This document shows, piece after piece, positions 25,270-37,040 of a stretch of 64,000 nucleotides of DNA (positions are counted from its first letter, which is position 1; each line of letters opens with the position of its first letter). The DNA comes from the human T2T-CHM13v2.0 reference genome, Homo sapiens, in assembly GCF_009914755.1 (NCBI RefSeq), contig NC_060932.1; one strand, given 5' to 3'. The translations under genes and the position numbers were made by a program. Below the pieces are notes generated by a model. It was given only the letters and a program-made list of their open reading frames with translations. It was not told where the DNA came from and ran no database searches.

Positions 25270-25866
25270 CAGTTAAGTACTCACTCAACGTTATCAATAA
25301 GTTCTTGGAAATTGCAACTTTAAGCCAAAAGATGGATAACGAAACCAATTTTTACCACAGGCTAATTGATAAAAACAAGAGTTAAGTTCCTACGGCATAT
25401 TTCTGGTCACAAAAAAATCATCAAACTTCTAGATAAAGACCAAAATACTTCTAATATTAAACAATGAAATAAATGTGAGCTATATGTAAATTTAAGAACA
25501 ATTAATAAAAACAAGATAATTATTTGCTCCATTATTCAGTTGAGGGGTGAAGAAAGCCAGAGCCTATTCTGGCAGCTCAGGGCACAATGTGGGAACCAAC
25601 CCTGGTCAGCATGTCGTTCCGTGGCACAGTGCACTCACACAGATACACCTACTCACTCACACTGGGACAACTTAGCCACACCATTTCACCTAACGTGCAC
25701 AGCCTTGGGATGTGGGAGGAAATCAGAGGACCCGGGAGAAAATCCACATATACACGAGAACGTGCACACTCCACTCAGGTAGTGGCCCGGGTCAGGAATC
25801 AATTTTATTTTTTATGAAGGTTACCATGAAACAATGTTGAAGAAAATGTCATTTGAGGTCCTGCTG
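25270..25866 (+). mobile_element. MER82-like TcMar-Tigger element
   Basis: CAG...CTG termini flanked by TA; internal TGTGGGAGGAAATCAGAGGACCCGGGAGAAAATCCAC segment. Confidence 0.75.
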
Positions 25867-26588
25867 TAATAAGAATGTATTATTTTATTTACCCAACTTA
25901 GTTTGCAAATAATCTGCCCCTCTCTAAAAACATCTAAAACTTCCCTTAGCTATCAAGACTACTTCTATTAATAATACAGAAATATTATAACTAAGGAAAC
26001 TGGGTGAAGACCCAGGGCTTGAGTTAGAATGAAGATTCTGACATATGATAAACACCAGGTTCAAGGATACTACTACTTCTCCTATATGTAAATTAAGAGA
26101 GCTTTTGTGGGCTGAAGTGGCAACCTAATGATAATACTGACTTGAAAGGAAAACGTACCCAAGGTTCCAGAAAACGTCTTACTGCATTTGACATGTAATC
26201 TACTCATAAACTGGAATATGAATGCAACAAAAATCTTCACAAGAAGGATAAATATTATAAAAGGCTATATTTCAAATTGCACACAAAATTTTTGAAAGTA
26301 AAACTAATGTAGGATTATTTTTTCTATCAGAAGTACTTTCAATACCCAGTCTTCCAAATACAAAAAAAGCTGCAGTCATATTTTAAATATAACATCTTTA
26401 ACATCAAAGTATTTTTTTTGGTCCCATAGTAAAAAAGAAAACCATGCTTTTGAAATGTTACGTTTTATATATTTCCAGGATAACTACACCAAATTCACCT
26501 AGCATGTCACCATACTTGAGGAAAATCAATTCCTAAGATTAAAGAAAAAAAAAAAAAAGTCTGGGTTATACAGTTATTTCCCACTTAC

Positions 26589-26782
26589 GTCAAATTAAAT
26601 TTAAAATTAAACTGCCAAGTTGAAGTTCCTGGAGGGTATTCTCCTTGCTCATTCATAAATGTCAGTCCTAGCTGAATTATCTTTAACAAGTCTACATTAC
26701 ACCGCAATAGTTGGTATTGATAGTCAGCATTGCTCCTGAATTCTCCAATGGGTCTTGCAACCACACCTGGAAACTCGGTGTC
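26589..26782 (-). CDS. CNOT7: CNOT7 exon 3 ([11 protein letters not shown]...FNFKFNLT)
   Basis: ttttacAG|GAC...AC|GTAAGT; 194 nt; contains the catalytic D40/E42 (DTE). Confidence 0.97.
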
Positions 26783-28032
26783 CTGTAAAATAGTTTTAAG
26801 ATTCATTATGTACTAAACAGTCAAAACTACAATCCACACATTTTTAATTTTTGATGCAAATCAAAGAATCCTACAGATGATATTCTACACATTTATATTC
26901 AATTACAAAGTATATTTTAACTAGAAAGAACATCACTTTTTAGAACCATAAAACTCTATAAACTTAATAACCTTTCCTTAAATATATCCAAAAAGTTACT
27001 ATACGAGATACATGTGATAAATTTAACCAAATACTTACTCTATAACCAAGAAAGGGGGGAAAATCATAAATTCCTGTCTCCCAAAGGATACATGAAATGA
27101 TGCTCACAGTATTCCAATGCTAAAACCAAGTTTCTTGAAGAACTGGTTCAAAAGAGGGGAAAACGCCCTGTACTTTCCAATTGCTTCTCTGACACAAGGT
27201 TTTTCTCAACACCAAAACCCTAAGAAAAACATCATTAGCTTCCTAATTTCTCTGGCTTAAACAATATTCTCTCTATAGTCCACAGAAAGCATGCTGTCAA
27301 GAATTGCATGCCACCTACTCACTCTTGTAGGATGTTATCACTTCTCTATGTTGCCACTCTTTATCATCTGAGAAATCAATGATCACTATGAATTTCCATT
27401 GGTTAAGAAAACAATTTTAGTTCTAATCATGGGTAAGTACACCTTTATCAAATAGTATGTCATCTACAAAGAAACAGTCATATTTTAACCAATCAACTTG
27501 CTCCTCCCCAAAGTAATGCATTTGTTTATTTTTATTAAAAATACTGAGACAAAGATACATCGGTTTAGTATTAGAATTCAAACTAGGGCTAGCTAAGAAT
27601 AAAAACTACCTATCAAGTCACTATGAAATAGTAAAGAAATCAATATTTCTCTAAATTCAGTGCAATTCAACAGCCACTTTATTGAATACTATATGTGTTA
27701 TGCTAGGTGTTGGGAGAGAAAGGATTAAAACACTTGGTTTATGGAGCTAATAATAATCCAGTGGATGTAGAAAACAGTAGGGTAGCTAACAGATATAGAC
27801 AGTATAATGGTAAAGAAGAAAAATCATTAACTGGATAGACAATCTAGGCAGACCAAACAGCACGTGCAAAAGCAGAGTTGCTTAGTAACACAGTATATTC
27901 ACAGAACTCCAGTGTTAATTATGAAAACAAATTGCAGACCAACAACGTTTCACTGGCACATCTGATTTTTTTGTTTGAGAAAGAGCACCCTAGCTTCTGG
28001 GAGCTCATGTGGTACTACCAGCTAGGCTTTGG

Positions 28033-28508
28033 TGTTGCTAGGAGCAGACCTGGCACTCATAGCCACGCCCTAATGTTCTCCTGTTGAACACAATTTCACA
28101 AAAGTTCAACCTCAAATAAGGCCACTCTGTAATCATGTCTGAACAAGGACAAAAAAATAAAAATGTCAAACCACAAAATGACCAAGTATCTCCATCCTGG
28201 CTAAATGAATGACTGTTCCTTCTCTGCAGCTTTAACCTCATTCTAGTCTCTCATTTAAGACTTAGTAAGATACCCAATCACAGAATTACCCCAGCTTCCC
28301 GAACACATCCAATCCACAGTAAAGCCCTGCTTCCCTTACCTTCCCCTAAGACCACCTGACACGAGCCCAAATCCTTCCTAACTCTTATTCAAACGGCCCA
28401 TGGTTCCCATGAATTCCAGTGCGTTTTCCCTCACTGCAATGAGGGATAAACCCAACCTGTCAAATCACAGGTGTATTCCTGATGGATTTTGGCTGGAGGG
28501 CAGTGACA
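28033..28508 (+). mobile_element. Solo ERV-type LTR (family not determined)
   Basis: TG...CA termini, CCAATC boxes, GATAAA-like poly(A) signal, ends TTGGCTGGAGGGCAGTGACA. Confidence 0.6.
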
Positions 28509-28632
28509 AATTTTACTTTTCATGGTGAAATTAATCCCTAAAAATATCAACCAAAAGGGTTGAATTCAAGACTTTAAAATTTCCTTTTCCTCCTTTATAT
28601 GAAGCGTTTTAAAGATCTGCTTGTGGGCATAC

Positions 28633-28749
28633 CATAGCAACGTAATTATATTTTCGGATAACTTGACGAATTTTCTTCATCTCTTCATCCAAGTTGCAAG
28701 CCCAAACTTCACAAATTCTTTGGCTATGATCTACAGTTGCCGCTGGCAT
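28633..28749 (-). CDS. CNOT7: CNOT7 exon 2 coding part (MPAATVDHSQRICEVWACNLDEEMKKIRQVIRKYNYVAM); exon spans 28633-28844
   Basis: ATG at 28749 (ACT ATG), donor ATG|GTATGC; acceptor tttgacAG|GTAC at 28845-28846. Confidence 0.96.
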
Positions 28750-30271
28750 AGTGAGGGCACAAGGGAGTCTAGATGCCAAGCATCAAAATGTTATACTTGA
28801 TTGAAGATTTGTTTCATAAAATATTTTATCCTTTATTTATGTACCTGTCAAAATAAAAAAACAATATGAAGACCAGATATATCAAATCTGAATCACAGAA
28901 TAATTGATCCAGCAGGAACCTAAGAAGTTATTTATTCAAAGTTCTTGACTCATAAAAAAAAAAAATCAAAGTTTAGAAAGTAACTTAAGGTCACACAGCT
29001 AGTCTATAGGAAAAAAAGGACTACAGTACAGATTTCCTGGTCCTAATTTCAGTTATTTTAAAATAGCTTTTTTACACATACATACTAATCATATTTTATA
29101 ACTTTCCACTAATTATTTATCTGAGTTCAACTACTCTGCATAAAACTTTATAAAGCCATCCATTTCCAGACAAAAAATGAAAAATTACTTATTTACATGT
29201 GACAAGATCAGATGTTACCATGGCAAAGATGGTGTTTATTTTTATTCCTCATTAATAAAACAACCAAAATCCGACTTGATAACAAGATCTACTTTACCGG
29301 CGTTTATTCTAACTAGACTAGAGGGGTCAAAAATGTTTGTAAATGCTCTGAGAAAAAAGTAACGGCCATGAAAATTATCTGAATGTTCGCAGTTGCAGAA
29401 CGGAAAAAGAACACAATAGAACGTCTAAAACTTAGAGCATATTGCATGGTTACCAAAGATAGATGTCACATTTCTGGTCTATAAACAGAGTTCCTGTTGA
29501 TTCTTGGGCAGGGAAATTTCAAATCCTTCTGCATTTTTCATACAAATTGGAAAAAAAAAAAACAAGAGTAAAAAGAGGGTCTTATGACTGTCTTCTAAAC
29601 TCTGAAGAGTCACAAATGTAACTTCCAATTCTCCAAGTAGAGAAACTAAAGGAGATCCAGGACACCCCTCCTTTATAACTCTCCCACCCCGATAGGCACA
29701 CACACACACATAAGCACAAAAACACAAAGACTTGGAAAGACCCTGTAGTCTAACATTGTTTTCCTCCACCTCTCTCTCTACTGCAGTCCCAGAAGCCCCG
29801 AAGAGACACCAAAGGCCTTCTCATTACTGGAGATAGCATCTCCGTACTGCAGTTTCCCAGAGAAACGAGAGGACGGCACCGAGGTATTCAAGCCATAGAT
29901 AACTCTCTTCCCTGGCAAAGCGCCAGTGCGAAGGTGCTGATAACACTGACTGGAGCTACACTGACTCCCAAGCACTGCCGCGTGAAACAATACGAAGAGG
30001 TGAGGATCTAGGCCACCGCCCTCCACTCCCAATTTCCGTCCCACTGCGAAGCCCCAGGTACAAAGCCTTTGCGTCATCACTACGCGCCAACCCCTTGACA
30101 AACCCCCAGCCCCAGTTACCCAGCCCCCAACCCGCCGCCAGGCTCCTTCCTCCGCCAGCCGCACTCCAGCTGGCGCCATCGCGCACCCTCTCAGGTTCAT
30201 CGTCCCCGCCCCCTTTCTACTTCCCTAACCCGCCCCTCCCCCCGTAAGGCTGCAGCGGATGCAAGATCTAC

Positions 30272-30460
30272 TTGTGTCGCTGAGCTCGCGCTCCTCCTCC
30301 TCCTCCTCGCCATAGAGACAGCACTCGGCGGCGGTGGCGGTGGCGGTGGCGGTAGCGGCGGCGGCAGCGGGTGCCCCATAGACACCTCTCGCCCAGCGAA
30401 GGGAAAGGCGAGCAGGAGCTGCGCCGCACCGTGCTGCGCCGTCGCTTTTCGCACGTCCTG
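30272..30460 (-). other. CNOT7: CNOT7 exon 1 (5' UTR; TSS approximate)
   Basis: Within CpG island; donor ACACAA|GTAGAT at 30271. Confidence 0.75.
30326..30370. repeat. Interrupted (CGG/GGCGGT)n GC-rich repeat in the CNOT7 5' UTR
   Basis: cggcggcggtggcggtggcggtggcggtagcggcggcggcagcgg. Confidence 0.85.
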
Positions 30461-30841
30461 ACGGGGGCGCTAGATGATGACGCGACACGCAGAGGGGGCG
30501 GAGAGCGCCCCCGGGGGCGGGGCACGCAAGTGACGGCGGCGCGGGTGGTGGAGCGCTGGGCGGCCAGGCTCCCTGGCTGGCCGGTTTGGGCGTCTGGGCC
30601 GTGAAGGTGGGACCTCCTGTTCCGGGCCGCAAGTTTCCCTCTCCAGCCGCCCGCCGTTCGTAGCATGTCCCCCAGAACTCGGGGAGCGCAGGCAGGACAG
30701 GCTTAGAGAAGACGCGGTCCCCAGCGCTTGGGCCACGGACGTCCCACCCCGCTCCTCTGTCGCTGGAGAACCGCCGGGCCGAGCCACTGGGAGAAGCAGG
30801 CCAGAGCCTTCCAGGGCCTCCGGCCCGTGGACCCGAGGAGG

Positions 30842-30966
30842 ATGAGCTGGCTTTTTCCCCTGACCAAGAGCGCCTCCTCCTCCGCGGCTGGGTCCCCCGG
30901 TGGCCTCACCAGCCTCCAGCAGCAGAAGCAGCGCCTGATCGAGTCCCTCCGGAACTCACACTCCAG
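30842..30966 (+). CDS. VPS37A: VPS37A (ESCRT-I subunit, HCRP1) exon 1 coding part (MSWLFPLTK...LRNSHS)
   Basis: AGG ATG; donor CAG|GTGACT; 125 nt. Confidence 0.95.
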
Positions 30967-31859
30967 GTGACTGGTCGCTGCCTCTCCACCGGAGGAAAAA
31001 GTAGGGTGGGAGGGCGGGCTTGTCCTAACCACCCTCACAGCGCCTCAGTCTGCTCCCCACCAGCTCCTCATGTGGTTTACCTCCCTTGGTTGTGGGTCAC
31101 ACGCTTGCTCTGCCACTCCTGCCCCCTTTTACTGTTTTCCTCCGGACCCTCCCTGCCTCCTGCCGCACCACTGCTCAGCGCTTCTAACTCGGATTTCCTC
31201 ATCCCTCCTGACACATAGCTGCTGACTGTAATCTCTCAATCTCTCTCATAGTCTATTTCCAGTATCCCTTGCTGCCCAGGCTTCGCCACTGATCTTTCCC
31301 TTTGCCCACCTGATTGCCGCGTCAGCAGAATTGTTAAAATACAATTGTGAAGAGTAATCTCCAGGTTTCACAAAGAATGGAAAATAGAACTGTTGCAACA
31401 TCAAAGGAAAGGGAAGCCAGAGTTTTCATCAGTGAATGCTTCTCGTCTGAGAGTCACTTATCACGTAGTCAGTCTTCTTGAGTCTCTAAGATTTACCCTG
31501 TTGGAGCAGTCTCTCCCCATCTCACAGCGACCAGTGCATGTACATTTCTCACTTCTTTCATAGTCTTGTCCCCACGCTCAAGAATTACTTTATGTTCATC
31601 TTGATTGTTCTGTTGTCTTCCTGTGAGTTTTTCATTTTATCATGGTCAGTTTAGAAATATTTTTACAATTCATATTATTTCAACTTTTACTGTAAATTGG
31701 TTTGCTGCAGCCTTTTACATTGCAAATGTCTATGGTCTCTAATGGTTTTCAAAAATTAGAACTGCTTCTTTATATTTTATGCATTCTGCAAGTATATTTA
31801 CTTAACAGTTTCACACTATTTTAAATAAAGATGACAACATTGTTAAGTCCCTAACCCCC

Positions 31860-32172
31860 TTTTTTTTTTTTTTTTTTGCCGGGGGTACGGCTCTCCTGTT
31901 GCCCAGGCTGGAGCGCAGTGGCGCGATCTCGGTTCACTGCAACCTCCGTCTCCCGGATTCAAGCAATCATCCTCCCTCAGCTCCCCACACCCCTCCGAGT
32001 AGCTGGGATTACAGGTGCGCGCCACCATGCGCGGCTAATATTTTGTATTTTTAGTAGAGACGGGGTTTCACCACATTGGTCAGGCTGGTCTCGAACTCCT
32101 GACCTTAGATTATCCACCCGCTTCGGCCTCCCAAAGTGCTGGGATTACAGGAATAAGCCACCTCGCCGGGCT
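31860..32172 (-). mobile_element. AluS
   Basis: Poly-T followed by antisense Alu dimer. Confidence 0.9.
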
Positions 32173-33309
32173 CCTAGCCCTTTTAAAAATATTATTTTCA
32201 TACAGTTAAAAAATATGTATCCTCAGATAATATCGAATAATTCTTATTTAAAATGGAATAATTTTTAATTAAATAGTCTAGTTAATAGAAAAATTTACTG
32301 CAAAATCAGTTTGGCTAAAATAAGGCCTGATGCTGACTGAACTTTAGGTGTTTCTTGGTTCGTTGTCTCAATTGTTCTGTTTGTTCAGAACTTTCAAAAG
32401 GTGAAATTTTATGCTGTTTAACAGAAAAGAATGGCAGGCTGTTATTGGTGGCTTTCATTCTGGAAAATTAAGTTCGCAAAGTTCTTACAAGTCACTCTTA
32501 CTCCAAATCATGTTCTGTACTGACCTTTAAGAGCTACTCTCACAAGGTATGCTTATAAAATAAGGGGACTCGTTTTTAACATGTTTGTTCCCTTAGAAGT
32601 TGTTACCTTGGTAGACTATATACCAAACCAGTCCTGCTATTGCAGAAACACTTTTTTAGAACCACACTTTTGGAATTAATTGCTTTTAAACCTTAGTATG
32701 TAGTATTATGTTAAATATTTTCAATGCTGACTAATTTTTTTCTTCGAGGTTGGAGTTTAATTTTTTAAATACTACAAAGTCTCTTGCTGCTAAGGCTGGT
32801 AAGTAAGGGAAGTAATTGATGTGAAATTTATAATTTTGGCCTCCCAAATAAAGTGAGATTCTATAGCAGCAATTGTTAATGTAAAGAGTTCTGGAATTGG
32901 CTTAAGAGGATCAGTAAATACGCGGAGTTGGATACAGAAAGGATTCATTTTATGTATTATTTTTTGAACCAGAAATTATGAACGTATGATTGGACATGAT
33001 TACATTAGATAATGTAATTTATTTTGTAGTGTTATGAACAAATAACTAAGTATTTTATTGTTTTAAGTTCTTTTATAAAAACACTTGAAGTTTTATTGAG
33101 ATGTTTCGCATTTACAAATTATACTCGAATAATTCTGGAGACACTTAAGTAGGTCATATGCTTCCAGTTTTCAAAGAATGGCACAATCCTGGAAAATGCC
33201 ACTCACCTATTCTTGTTAGTCCACCCTTTTAAATAATGACATATATTTGTAAGCTGGGAGGTAAAAAATAATCTGTCTGTATGGTATCTGATGTAAAGAT
33301 GGAAAAGGT

Positions 33310-33899
33310 GTGATATTTTTTCTCATCAGTCATAAGGGGCACAGCTGACCCTCCTGTAACAAAAGACAGGTTAACAAGCGAAAAGCATAACAGATTTATT
33401 TAATCAAAGTTTTACACTGCATGGGAGCCTTCAGAAATGAAGCCCCAGAGACCGAAGGAAAACTGTCTGTATTTATGATTAGGTTCAATGAAGAATGGAC
33501 AGCCATGTAGAAATGTGATTGGACAAAAAGAGTATGGTAATGGTAATAGACAGAGGTAGGGGAAACCCACCAAGGCCTGTTTGTTCAGATTTTTCTTGGC
33601 TTCTCTGTATAACTTTCTACTCCTCTAGTGGACCGGCCCGGGCTCATATGGAGTGAGGGTCTTCAGGGCGGAAGGGAAAGTGACCTTTCTAGATTTTTTG
33701 TAGGGAAGAAGGGTTGTAGTTTGTAATATACCGCCCAGGGGAGGAGGAATTCTGGTTTCTATGACTTCTTCAATGGAGAAAGAGGGGCAGGAGGTGGTCA
33801 GAGAGAGCTTTACTTCTGAGGCCCTCCAGACTCCTTTAATTCAAAGTAATCAGCCTACCAAAGTGCAATATTTTGGGGTATTGTTTTCTGAGCCCCAAT
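33310..33899 (-). mobile_element. ERV1 LTR, MER67/MER31-like
   Basis: Minus strand begins GGGCTCAGAAAACAATACCCCAAAATATTGCACTTTGG; AATAAA on - near 33396. Confidence 0.65.
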
Positions 33900-34919
33900 A
33901 CTGGCAATATGTTGCCTGATTACCTAAATTAGTGGTACGACTTACACTTAAAAGATTTTTGTGCGAACAGACAGATTGGTTATTCTAAAGGTGTGGTGTG
34001 TAAAAGTTGAAAGAATTTCCAGTGTGTTTTTTCCTATGAACAGTACAAAAACTTGTTACATGAGGAATATCAATATCTTGTTACATGCTGTCCATCTCCC
34101 TCATGTTTCGTTTTATGTCTCTTCTCCAAATGTAAGCTCAATAGGTGAATATCTTTTTTTGGCCATGAAAGTATCTTTTCTTCTGCTCTACTGAGTAACC
34201 TTTCTCTACCCCATTCTGTCATCTCCCTTCCAACTCTTACAATTTTTAACCCCTTATAATTCCGAAAATTCCACTTCAGCAGTCTCTTTTTGTCCCTTTC
34301 TCTAATGATTGTGAACTTTTTAGTTGCCTTAAATTCTTATCTCCTCAGCTACCTCAGTCTTCTACAAAAAAAATAGGTGAATTTTATGTAAATTTTTTCA
34401 TCTGAGTCTCAACAATATGCACGGCAAATGAGATAACTGTCATAGATGACACGCACAGAAAAGTGTTTAACCAAAGTGTTTAAGTCAGCTGTGAAAATGG
34501 AAACTAGAAATTATGCCTCCTGGGCTCAAGTAATATGTTCTCTCTTCTCAGTATCACTTACCACAGTATTCAGTTTATCACCAAAACTCCTGACTTTATG
34601 GACAGGAGTAGAACTAATTCTGTTTCTTATACTTCCTGAGGAAGCTGACTTTATGGACACTGTTGGTTTTTCCCTCTGCAAGGCCCATACTTTGTGGAGG
34701 CTGGAATCTTTCAACCCAGCCTCCACTAGAGGTGAATAAGGATTGTTTATGCCAGTGATGATGGTCTCATCACCCTTCCCCCCAAGTTACTGTGGAAGCA
34801 GGACTCTTGGTTAGTGGGAGTTGGAGGGGAAGTCTGCTGGGGAGCTGCTCAAAATGTTTTCTCAGCAATAGTAACAAATGACTGGGAGGAAGAAATGTCT
34901 CATGTTTTGGATATTTTTA

Positions 34920-35050
34920 TGTGAGACAACCCTGATCCTCCAATTCCTATCTGTAAAATCAGCAATTGTGATTCCTGTCATGCAGGATTTTTGATAACTA
35001 AAAAATATATGTAAGACATTTGGAAGAGTATCTAGCACATAGTAGGCATA
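34920..35050 (+). mobile_element. MIR fragment
   Basis: CCTATCTGTAAAATC...TCTAGCACATAGTAGGC. Confidence 0.55.
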
Positions 35051-35767
35051 GGACGAATTACATTCCTTCTTTCTACTGCATAGAATCAGTGTGCTTGAAT
35101 CTTTGCCTCTTAGCCTATAAGCTTCTAGCCAGCTTATTGTTTGTAGATCTCTCATAAGCTTACCTACAACTTATCTGTCTCTGGCAGAACTACTTCTGAC
35201 TTTCCATTTAGAAAGCAAGTCCATTCCAGACAGTTAGTTTCTTCATAAAATTAGGCATGATGCAGGTAAATAACCTAAATTATTATCTTGCACACAGGAG
35301 ATGTAAACAGCAATTGTTACTGTATTTTGTTCTTGTCCCTATCTTTAAAATAGTAGTGCCATTCTCCCTAGTCTTTAAAATTTGTTTTAATATTTTCTTT
35401 TGCTGCCAGTCTGCGGATTCCGTTGTTCTGATTGCCTAAATGTTTAGCCTTAAAACTTCTTGTAGAGTCAGCTCTTGTATAGTTCTCCCCCACAGCTGCT
35501 AAGCTTAACCTTTTGATCACAGCTATAAGACTTTGTCCCCCTATCTCATGGGATTCTGAGTAAGCTTAAATTCCATGCTCTTGTTTCTATAGAATTCATT
35601 CTCAGCTCATGAGGACTCACACACAAACTTGGTAACACAAGAGATATTGTAATGAAGGGATGTGTATGTCTGTGTTTCAACCCGTCGCATGTTATATATT
35701 TTTATGAAAAGCATTTATTATCAACAGTCAAAATTTGCAATTTTTGTATTAAAATTTCCAGGTTTCC

Positions 35768-36075
35768 TTTTTATTTATTTATTTTTTGAGACAGGGTCTC
35801 ACTCTGTTACCCAGGCTAGAGTGCAGTGGCACGATCACAGCTTACCGCAGCAATCCTCCCACCTCAGCTTCCCAAGTAGCTGGAACTACAGGCACATGCC
35901 ATCATGCCTGGCTCATAAGTTTAATTACTTTTGTTGTTGTTGTTGTTGTTTTGGTAGAGATGGGGTTTTGCTATGTTGCCCAGGCTTGTCTCTCAAACTC
36001 CTGGGCCCAAGCACTCTGCCTGGCTTGGCCTCCCAAAGTGCTAGGATGACAGGCATGAGCTGCCACACCCAGCCC
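35768..36075 (-). mobile_element. AluJ with (GTT)n linker
   Basis: Antisense Alu dimer. Confidence 0.88.
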
Positions 36076-36759
36076 AATTTTTCTTTATTTAATAGACTTT
36101 ATTTTTAGTGTAGTTTTATGTTCACAGCAAAATTAAAAGGCAGAAGATTTCCCCTATGTCCCCTGTCGTCTCTAACTCTTCTTTTAAAATGGAAAATCTG
36201 GAAAGATTGGTTTCCACATAGCAACATTTGCTTCAAGCTGAAGAGTAGCTGTCTGCTTTGCTGGGCTACCCACTACCCATTTCACTAGTTTGCAATTCAC
36301 TCCCTGTTGGACTACAAGGAGCTGCCTTCATTCATGTGTGTTACCTCGCTGGTGTAGTTATTTGATAGGAAAACTTCTTTATGGAAGGAAATAACATTAA
36401 CTTGTAATAAAAAATTCTACAAGCATCTGTTATGCCTTAGCCCATTGAAGCTACAGAAATCTCCAAAATATCAACATTTTGACTGTGTAAATGCACTTTG
36501 AGCTCTATATAGTAAACTTTAAAATTATGCGTATCAATCCTGTAATTAAGTTAAAACTTTGACACATTAAATTATATTGTCTATTTGTAACCAGTGATTA
36601 AGACGTATAATTGCAGAGCGTATGACGCAATAAAGCATGGTACCATTTAAGAAATATCATACAGCTCAAGTGCTCAGTTAATTTTCTCATTAGAAATATT
36701 AGTCCGTTACTGCTTTAAAAAAAAGTTATGATAAGGCAGTCATTTCTCCATTGCTAGTT

Positions 36760-37040
36760 AAATCAGCTACATCTGCCCCTCCCCCCAACCTGAACTCCTT
36801 CCAAACCATTTCTGCTGTTTGCTCACCTAAGCCGAAAACCTGTGCCGTCTTCCATTTCCATTCAGTCTTCCATGTCTACTACCACAAGGTTCTAACAGTT
36901 CTCTCTGCCTCCAGCCTTTTTCCCTCTGCCTTTTCTTCCACATTGCTGCCAGAGTAATCTTTCTAAAATTCAAATTTGACCATGTCACTCCTTTCAGTAG
37001 TTTCCTAACTCTTGTCAAAAAAGGCCAGCCACCTTAACTT
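36760..37040 (+). mobile_element. L2 fragment
   Basis: CTGCCAGAGTAATCTTTCTAAAATTCAAATTTGACCATGTCACTCC. Confidence 0.55.

Larger units (their letters stand above)
29950..31040. promoter_or_regulatory. CpG island, bidirectional CNOT7/VPS37A promoter
   Basis: Very high GC/CpG; GC boxes 30495-30503 and 30514-30522; TGACG half-CREs at 30459, 30478, 30531; head-to-head first exons. Confidence 0.92.

Noticed and set aside
29778-31218. Many overlapping 76-140 aa ORFs
   Set aside because: Expected from stop-codon scarcity in a CpG island; only the VPS37A exon 1 frame and the uORFs are supported
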